Part shown: positions 1 through 6,040 of the stretch, one piece after another
Numbering within the stretch: position 1 is the stretch's first letter
Layout of the letters: each line of letters starts with the position of its first letter
NCBI GenBank assembly: GCA_051294375.1
Contig: JBJCIZ010000059.1
Span: 1-6,040, forward strand
Origin: Paraspadella gotoi
Lineage: Eukaryota; Animalia; Chaetognatha
Direction: 5' to 3'
DNA: 6,040 nt
Translations under genes and position numbers: made by a program
The notes under the pieces: model-generated
Seen by the model: only the letters and a program-made list of their open reading frames with translations
Told to the model about the DNA's origin: nothing
The model's database searches: none

Positions 1-36
1 GAACATCAAATTATGATAAATTATGCAAAAAAACGA

Positions 37-105
37 TGTCTGTCCATCTGTCCGTCTGCCCATCCGTCCGTCCGTTTGTCTGCCCATCCGTCCGTCCGTC
101 CGTCC
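37..105 (+). repeat. Degenerate (GTCC/GTCT/ATCC)n tetranucleotide microsatellite within HINE copy A
   Basis: tgtctgtccatctgtccgtctgcccatccgtccgtccg...; mirrored at 5764-5827. Confidence 0.9.
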
Positions 106-275
106 CACCTTAGCAAATTTTGTGTGTGGGTAGGGAATTGTGAGATTGAGCTGGACATGAAGTTTTGATGGAATCGTCCAAGTGGAAATGTGTTTAAATG
201 GGAAAAACAAAGAACCTGTTTCACTAATTGATTATGCTTCTTTTTCCTTTTATATTAAATGTCAATGCAAAATGT

Positions 276-408
276 ATTAATTATTCAAATAATTGATCAG
301 TTAATTAATCAATTAGTCAATTAATTAATCAATTGTTAATTAATCAGTCAATTAATCAATCAAAACAAATTACTTAATATTTAAAACAAATAATTAATTA
401 ATTAATTA
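276..408. repeat. Low-complexity (TAAT/CAAT)n tract within HINE copy A
   Basis: Repeated ttaattaatcaa / aattaatt motifs; counterpart at about 5306-5410. Confidence 0.75.
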
Positions 409-1956
409 CCGATAATGATCGTGGGCAGATCCGACATTGTTTGCTCAAACTTGTTAGTGATAAGAATTCAAAACCAAAGTAAAATGAACGAGAGTTTATT
501 TCAGTATAACATCAAAGGGAAAATGCGTGCGAGAATAAAATAACAATGACTTTTATATGAACTACTTTGTTTAACAAAGTAGGAATGTGAAAGGGAATGG
601 AATTTTAGGCTGAGAAATATTATTGACATTTTTGTAATTCACAGAATTCTCTCCCTCAAAATTTACTAGAGTTCCCAAACTAATGATGTATTTATGAATC
701 ATCTAAAAGAATAGTAAAGACTTTTTGGGTTGTCACTTGTGAATGGACACGGAGTATTCAAAAATTCTAAAAATTTTGATGGCTTTTGTCCCAAATAAAA
801 ATGTAAGCGTGAATAAAAGTCTGTTTCTATAAAGTAATTAAATATTTTAAATACATTATTATTAAGTCTTAAGCTGCTACTTCCTTAAATTATAACTTGG
901 CAGATGAGGAGAAAGGGAGAAAGAAATAGAGAAGAATAAAATTAGGGAGAGCAAAAGAAAAAAAAGATTGGTAAACAGAGAGTCAGTGAGTTTATTAAAG
1001 GTGTAATTTCATGACTAACAATAGATGGTTGGGTAGGGGAAGATTAACCATAGAGAAACTTTACCTTACTCTCTGAATAAATATATTAAATCCTTAACGC
1101 AAGTAATATATTTAATTTTTTTTTAAATCTAGTTTGATTACTACTTTTATTCAATATTTTTTCTAAATGTATTAAAATTATTCCTTGTCTTATAACCTAA
1201 AATAATTATTTCAACTTTTCAATTTAGCATCAGAAAGAGGAAACTTCTTGTCCAATCTGAATGACTCTCCTAAAGATAAAGGAAACAAAATTTTCATTAC
1301 CACGTGCTTAACTGGGGTATCGAGATCAATGAGCACTACCACTTTTAGAAAATGATGGAAAGCAAAGAAAATTTGCAACTGTCATAAAAATGAGTATTGC
1401 AGTGTGAATTTTTAAATTTTGTTCAATTTAATCTAAGAAAGCTAAGTAAGGACTAGCTATATAGTATATTGTTTTCAATATGTATAGTTCTCAATCAGAC
1501 ACTCTGCATGGCTCTTTTTAAACAAAACCCGACCACAATAGTTGCACAATGTTTAAAATATTTTTAAGACAAGTTTTAAAATACTTTTTCCAAAAAAAAT
1601 TTTGATCAAATTTAAAAATTAGCATATTCTCAAAAGTACCCAATTTTGTCCAGGTATGAAAAAAATTGATATTCACTGTAAATATTCTCATGTTTGAGTG
1701 AAATTCTAATTTAATTTTAATAAATCTAAAAATTAATATAAAAATATAATCATGAATTACTAAAATTTCTAATGTTTGTCAAGGTAAATTGGTTTTTAAA
1801 GTTGTTTTAGTAGAACATATTGATGTAAACTAAATAAGCAAGAGTATGGGAACAAAATCATCCTTTGAAGTACACATGGTAAGCTAAACATTAGATTTCA
1901 TGACTCTCTTTTTTTTTGGAGGTGTCAATTCTGATGCGTTTTCCGTCACCTATCAC

Positions 1957-1966
1957 TATATAAAAA
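1957..1966 (+). promoter_or_regulatory. TATA box of the cysteine-rich peptide gene
   Basis: TATATAAAAA lies about 90-100 nt upstream of a strong donor AAG|GTGAGA (2055/2056), which leaves a ~65-nt ATG-free first exon. The AT-rich background lowers specificity. Confidence 0.55.
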
Positions 1967-1988
1967 TGGAGGTTTCCAATTTTTTCTA

Positions 1989-2055
1989 AAGTATCATAAA
2001 CCTGAAGAACTGACTTTCTGGTCATCTCAAACATTTTCATACACAAGAAAAAAAG
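1989..2055 (+). other. Putative non-coding exon 1 (5'UTR); start approximate
   Basis: Begins ~30 nt after the TATA box, contains no ATG and ends at donor AAG|GTGAGA. The acceptor tttatttccag| at 3005/3006, 10 nt before the ATG, implies an upstream exon. Confidence 0.55.
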
Positions 2056-3015
2056 GTGAGACGACTGTCATTCTAAAAGGTATTAAATTTTCTAACAATT
2101 TTTTTTATACATCTTTGCTTTGTTAACAAAGAGCGAAAAATGAGTAATGAATATTTTTACAAAAAGATTAAACAATCTTTCCCATCATATTAAGTTTCAA
2201 TATAAGTATAATAAGAAGTAATGTCTAAATTTCTTATTTAAATATGAAGAGGATTTTTCAATTGGAATGATGTTTTATAGATTATTTTGATAGATAGGTC
2301 CAACTGAGACTATATTTGTAACTTATGATAATTGAATAGATGTATATTATAATCAAAAAATTTCAATTTTCTTTGTCTTTCTCTATTTATATTAGGTGAA
2401 CTATCTTTTTCTATTTCCAATTTTTTATTTCTCGGTTTCTTTCTCGCTTTATATTCTTCTTATTAAGACAATAAAAAACCTATATTAAATACTAATCAAA
2501 CTTTTTTCCTATAATGTAACTACCAAAATTAATTAACAAGTCAAATAAAATAAAAAAAGGATGGAAAAATATGTAATATTAAATGATTGAAAAATTAATA
2601 ACATATTAGACAAAACTGTCATGACTTTTAAAGCTTTTAACACAAGAATGAAGTAAAATTACACATATTCAAAAAATTTTGCATATTCAGAAAGATGTGT
2701 AATATCTATTTAGAAAACTAGGGCAGAAAGTAATCTAACCTTGTGTCATATAGATTATCCCTATATTTCCAGAAGGCAACAATAACATCCCCATCCCAAT
2801 AAAATATAAATAATATTTAATTTAGATCACTGAAAATATCAATATTAACAAATGTAAATTAAAAAACTAAAAGAAATTAATAATGTACTAAATAATTATG
2901 ATATTTAACTATCAAGTATTTTAAATTTTAAAAAACAATTTTGCAAATATCATACTTGAATTCTAATGATGATATTCAGTACATATAAAAATTATTTATT
3001 TCCAGAAAGAAAATA

Positions 3016-3146
3016 ATGAAGGCGACAATTGCAGTCCTTATTCTCTGCTCTCTCTTGGCTGTTGAGTTCACCAATGGTGAAATGGTTTTTGGAAAAGGAT
3101 ATGAAACTAGAGGTCTTTGTAAAGACAATTGCCTTTTTTTTTGTGG
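3016..3146 (+). CDS. Secreted cysteine-rich peptide, first coding exon (signal peptide plus N-terminal mature region, aa 1-44)
   Basis: Acceptor ttccag at 3005, ATG at 3016 in ATAATG context, open frame MKATIAVLILCSLLAVEFTNGEMVFGKGYETRGLCKDNCLFFC+GG, then a perfect donor GTAAGT at 3147 (phase 2). The N-terminus is basic, then hydrophobic, then T-N-G, as in a classical signal peptide. GC is higher than in the flanks. Confidence 0.88.
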
Positions 3147-3357
3147 GTAAGTATTTTAGCAAAAAGCTGGATGATATGTATAAATCTTCCAATATGTAGA
3201 GTTCAAGAAAATTAAGACCTGCTTTTTAATATAAAAAACATTACCAAGAAAGAGTCTGATTAAAGTTTAAGACATAATATTGATGATTGTTAATGGGAAG
3301 AAAACGTTTGCCAAAAAGAAAAAAACACTATTTTTATTTTTTTTTACTTTTTCACAG

Positions 3358-3466
3358 GTGTTCTTTCTTGACAGATGTGCATCAATGTCATAGAGATGGA
3401 GAATGCTTTTGCAGCACAAAAGCTGTTATTTCTCCTCAAGACCGTCATCCTCACTGTTCAGACTGA
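3358..3466 (+). CDS. Secreted cysteine-rich peptide, second coding exon (aa 44-79 and stop)
   Basis: A long polypyrimidine tract and ttttcacag| acceptor at 3357/3358. The phase-2 join (GG+G = Gly) gives CSFLTDVHQCHRDGECFCSTKAVISPQDRHPHCSD-TGA, the frame that stays open longest from this acceptor. Joined CDS is 131+109 = 240 nt (79 aa plus stop) with an even number (8) of mature cysteines. Donor GTAAGA follows at 3473. Confidence 0.85.
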
Positions 3467-3674
3467 AAAAAAGTAAGATGTGTATAAAACATTTTGGATA
3501 ATAATATAATCACAATTCTTTAAAAAAACTTTAATAGATGAAACAGCAAAATAATATAACTTGCAGAAAGTATTCAAATTATCAAGGTTACGATATCAGG
3601 ATATTGTTAATAATAATAGAAAAAACAAATTAAAAACACAATGTACCTAATGCATGACTTACACTTTTTTTCAG

Positions 3675-3785
3675 CATTCAACCAACTGGGATCAACAGGA
3701 AACAAAACTGAAAATCTAGTTTTGGAAACTTTATCAAAATAGTTAAAAATCAAATATTTTTAAATAAAAAAGTAAAATTTTTTAA
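3675..3785 (+). other. Putative terminal exon 4 (3'UTR); end approximate
   Basis: Acceptor cactttttttcag| at 3674/3675 would pair with the donor at 3473. AATAAA at 3763-3768 is followed by T/GT-rich sequence at ~3794-3810. Confidence 0.55.
3763..3768 (+). terminator. Candidate polyadenylation signal AATAAA
   Basis: First AATAAA after the exon 4 acceptor, with a downstream T-rich element. The hexamer is common by chance in AT-rich DNA. Confidence 0.45.
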
Positions 3786-4310
3786 ATGTAAACTTTTTTA
3801 TTTTGTTTCTGATAGATAGATATGAAATATATGTATTATAGCTTGTTTTTACTCACGATTTTTACGCAGATAAGATTAGATATTAGTTGATAGCAGATTA
3901 TTAACATAGGTTATTTTTTGAGAAAATCATTAAAATTTTCAAATTTTAAAATAATATTTTAGACTCATAGAAAAAACTTGAGATTTTAATTTTCAAAATG
4001 TTATTTCAACTAAAAAAAATAAAATAATAATAAAATTAAATTTTTTTTGTAGTTTATTAACACACTTTTCTTTTCATTAGTTATCAAGATTAGTCTTTTA
4101 ATCATTTAGGTATGAGGCTATGCTAATAATATTTTTGTGTTAGACAACTATGATTTTAAATCTTGGAAAACTGCGCCTATGGGCATGAGCAGAAAATGCA
4201 GTGATTGTTATTTAACCTTATTTTTGTGACTGTCTAATGTATATCTTGAATTAGGGCTAATCTAAAATAATGGTTAAATGTCAAGTTCTCTTGCATACTT
4301 TCTCTGTTTT

Positions 4311-4560
4311 TATAGTTGGGCATTGCATAAGTTCACCCATCCTAAGTATAAGCATGATACTTACAGTCGTGACCCGGTGGCTCATTGAGTAAAAGTAATT
4401 AGCTCATGACCGCTAGGTACCGGGTTCAATCCCAACAAATATGGGGGGCATATAGTCGGGCATTGCATAAGTTCACCTTATAAGCATGACACCTTCAGTC
4501 ATGAACCGGTGGCTTATTGAGTAAAAGCCAACAGCTCATGAGCACTAGCTATCGGTTTCA
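4311..4560 (+). repeat. Tandem pair of ~140-bp units (4311-4450 and 4451-~4560), each with a degenerate tRNA-like / SINE-head segment
   Basis: Both units start TATAGTYGGGCATTGCATAAGTTCACC and share TATAAGCATGA, CCGGTGGCTYATTGAGTAAAAG and AGCTCATGA. Unit 2 has a small deletion and decays at the B box. Confidence 0.85.
4371..4436 (+). pseudogene. tRNA-derived (SINE-head-like) sequence with RNA pol III A and B boxes; not a functional tRNA
   Basis: A-box-like TGGCTCATTGAG (4378-4389), anticodon-loop-like CTCATGA (CAT at 4405-4407), variable-loop-like AGGT and B box GGTTCAATCC (4423-4432), all at tRNA spacing. The anticodon and T stems pair poorly. Confidence 0.6.
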
Positions 4561-4636
4561 TAGGCAAAAATCTCATTTAAAAAAATTTTTCTCTCTCTCT
4601 CAGATAATATGATTGATTGGCTGATTGCGAGTTGAA

Positions 4637-4745
4637 TGATGCAAGTTAAAAAAATGATGTAAGCTGAAAAAATGATGCCAGTTAAAAAATGCTGCAAGTT
4701 AAAAAAATGATGCAAGTAGATAAAATTATGCAGGTTGAAAAAAAA
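4637..4745 (+). repeat. Minisatellite, six ~18-bp units (consensus TGATGCAAGTTAAAAAAA)
   Basis: Units start at 4637, 4655, 4673, 4690, 4708 and 4726; a more degenerate unit lies at 4622-4636. Confidence 0.9.
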
Positions 4746-4915
4746 TTACTCGTCCAAAAAATTATTTGTACCATAGTAACGGTTCAGTTTAATCCCTTGC
4801 AAGCTATTTACATGTATTGGCGAATTGTTTGATATGGTATGATCTGTTATGATTAGTTAGGATTACAAAATGAAAGAATTATTGTGATTTATCATCTGAT
4901 TAGCAGATTACCCCT

Positions 4916-4956
4916 TAATTATCGTAGGAAGATCCAACATTGCTCAAACTTGAGTT
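4916..4956 (+). mobile_element. Degenerate orphan 3' terminus of the same HINE family
   Basis: taattatcgtaggaagatccaacattgctcaaacttg aligns with taatgatcgtgggcagatccgacattgtttgctcaaacttg (413-453), with a few substitutions and a 4-nt deletion. Confidence 0.7.
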
Positions 4957-5440
4957 TCAGTAAAAAACTGTATTTAAAAACAAATTCATTATATGCTCAA
5001 AAGTATTTAAATTCAGATGCACCATTAAATACACCATTCTGGGAATTTTTATGGTATAAAATAATTATTAACGACAGTCAAGAACATGGTCAGAACAGCA
5101 TTTTTTGTATTGGACGAATTGTACAAAAAAAACTTAACATTTATAAATCATCACTCAAAAACTACCAAATGTTACGCCATTGACGAGACCATTGTTAGTG
5201 TTTTTTATGATATAAAAAGTTTCTTCCCTGTAATTTAACTATGTTAGACAAAAATTGAACTTAGTTTGAATAAAAAATGTCGGATCTGCCCACGATCATT
5301 ATCAGTAATTAATTAATAATTAATTAATTCTAGTTAATTAATTAATTAATTAACCTAATTAATTAATTTGATTAATTTTTGATCAAAAATGTTTGTTTTG
5401 ATTGATTACATTTAATATAAAAATAAAATAAAAGCATAAT

Positions 5441-5750
5441 CAATTAGTGAAACAGGTTTTTTGTTTTTTCCATTTAAACTCATTTCCACTCAAACGATTC
5501 CATCAAAACTTGAATTCCAGCTTAATCACACACTTTCTTACCCACATACAAATTTCAGGTCAATTGCCCCATCCACTCATGAGTAATTGGTGTGCAATTA
5601 GTAAATTAATTTTTTTTGTTTTTTCCATATAAACTCATTTCCACTCAGACGATTCCATCGAAGCTTCATATCCAGCTCAATCACACACTTCCCTACCCAC
5701 ACACAAAATTTCATTCCAATCCATCCATTCAATCACAAGTAATTGGTTTT
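5441..5750. repeat. Two ~155-bp central tandem repeat units within HINE copy B (5441-5594, 5595-5750)
   Basis: Anchors recur at a 154-156 offset: CAATTAGT 5441/5595, CATTTCCACTCA 5481/5636, AGTAATTGG 5582/5738. Confidence 0.9.
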
Positions 5751-5763
5751 TTTGCTAAGGTGG

Positions 5764-5827
5764 GACAGACGGACAGACAGATGGTTAGATGGACAGACAG
5801 ACAGATGGACAGATGGTCGGATGGACA
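5764..5827 (-). repeat. Degenerate (GGAC/AGAC/AGAT)n microsatellite within HINE copy B
   Basis: ggacagacggacagacagatggttagatggacagacagacagatggac... Confidence 0.9.
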
Positions 5828-5995
5828 TCATTTTTTTTTGCATTATTTATCATAATTCGATGTTCTGACATGATATAAGTGAATGCCCGACAATATTTAG
5901 GGGGTGGACCGAAGGACCGACAAAGTGAATTATAGAGTCGGGATCTGCTAATAAGCAGATCCGACTAAAAACATCCAGGAGAGTGGTGGACGGAA

Positions 5996-6040
5996 TTTTT
6001 AGTTGGATCTGCTTATCAGCAGATCTCGACTCTATAATTC
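5996..6040 (+). mobile_element. 5' end of a third HINE copy (C), running off the window
   Basis: tttttagttggatctgcttatcagcagatctcgactctataattc is the reverse complement of 5927-5971 with 3 mismatches in 45 nt and keeps the internal hairpin. Confidence 0.75.

Larger units (their letters stand above)
1..455 (+). mobile_element. Non-autonomous Helentron-associated element (HINE/DINE-1-like), copy A; 5' end lies outside the window
   Basis: It is the reverse complement of much of 5258-5865 (base 1 pairs with 5865). It contains a GTCY microsatellite, one truncated central repeat unit and an AT-rich tract. The 3' end has a subterminal IR GCAGATCCGAC (425-435), a short hairpin GTTTG-CT-CAAAC (439-450) and terminal CTTGTT (450-455), which is the HINE-type 3' architecture. 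Confidence 0.8.
5258..5971 (-). mobile_element. Complete non-autonomous Helentron-associated element (HINE/DINE-1-like), copy B, ~714 bp
   Basis: On the minus strand it reads TTTTTA, 5' subTIR GTCGGATCTGC (5965-5955), an adjacent partial IR forming a hairpin (5936-5966), a GTCY microsatellite, two ~155-bp central tandem repeats, an AT-rich tract, a perfect 11-bp 3' subTIR (5279-5289) and a decayed 3' hairpin/terminus. No coding capacity. The layout matches DINE-1/HINE architecture; family assignment is structural only. Confidence 0.82.

Noticed and set aside
21-224. Minus-strand 67-aa ORF
   Set aside because: Lies wholly inside HINE copy A; the GRTDGWAD repeats are translated microsatellite, and the start is not an ATG.
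903-967. Purine-rich GA tract
   Set aside because: Low complexity with no defined period or other support for function.
2992-3192. Minus-strand 66-aa ORF
   Set aside because: Antisense shadow of the real + strand exon, which has splice sites and a signal peptide; non-ATG start.
3375-3472. Alternative acceptor ttgacag| at 3374 and open frame MCINVIEMENAFAAQKLLFLLKTVILTVQTEK
   Set aside because: Joined to the phase-2 donor at 3146 it reaches TAG after a few codons. The acceptor at 3357 has the stronger pyrimidine tract and completes the cysteine set.
4371-4445. Functional tRNA-Met gene
   Set aside because: Anticodon and T stems do not pair properly and no acceptor stem is evident; kept only as a tRNA-derived relic.
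4637-4745. Possible CRISPR array
   Set aside because: Units are contiguous with no unique spacers, there are no cas genes, and the context is intron-containing eukaryotic DNA.
4884-5183. + strand 99-aa ORF
   Set aside because: GTG start, AT-driven K/N/I/L/Y composition, overlaps a HINE remnant, no recognisable domain.
5447-5855. Two + strand ORFs (61 and 79 aa) resembling ORF 21..224, suggesting a small protein family
   Set aside because: The similarity is simply the shared central repeat and microsatellite. Starts are non-ATG and the stops are not conserved among copies.
1-5865. Single DNA transposon with ~450-600 bp TIRs
   Set aside because: Each arm has its own HINE subTIR/hairpin structure, the arms differ in internal repeat number, there is no transposase inside, and the left boundary and any TSD are outside the window.

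Overview
AT-rich eukaryotic (probably invertebrate) genomic DNA. The centre holds a spliced + strand gene that the ORF track misses. It has four predicted exons: a TATA-driven non-coding exon 1 (~1989-2055), exon 2 (3006-3146, ATG at 3016), exon 3 (3358-3472, stop at 3464-3466) and a 3'UTR exon 4 (3675-~3785). It encodes a 79-aa secreted peptide with 8 mature-region cysteines in a CS-alpha-beta/defensin-like spacing: MKATIAVLILCSLLAVEFTNG-EMVFGKGYETRGLCKDNCLFFCGCSFLTDVHQCHRDGECFCSTKAVISPQDRHPHCSD. The gene is bracketed by two inverted copies of a non-autonomous Helentron-associated (HINE/DINE-1-like) element, at 1-455 (+, cut by the window edge) and 5258-5971 (-, complete). A third copy starts head-to-head at 5996. 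Between the gene and the right-hand element lie a tandem pair of ~140-bp units with tRNA-like heads, an 18-bp minisatellite and an orphan HINE-type 3' end. None of the five supplied ORFs looks like a real gene. All alignments were read by eye; no database search was possible.
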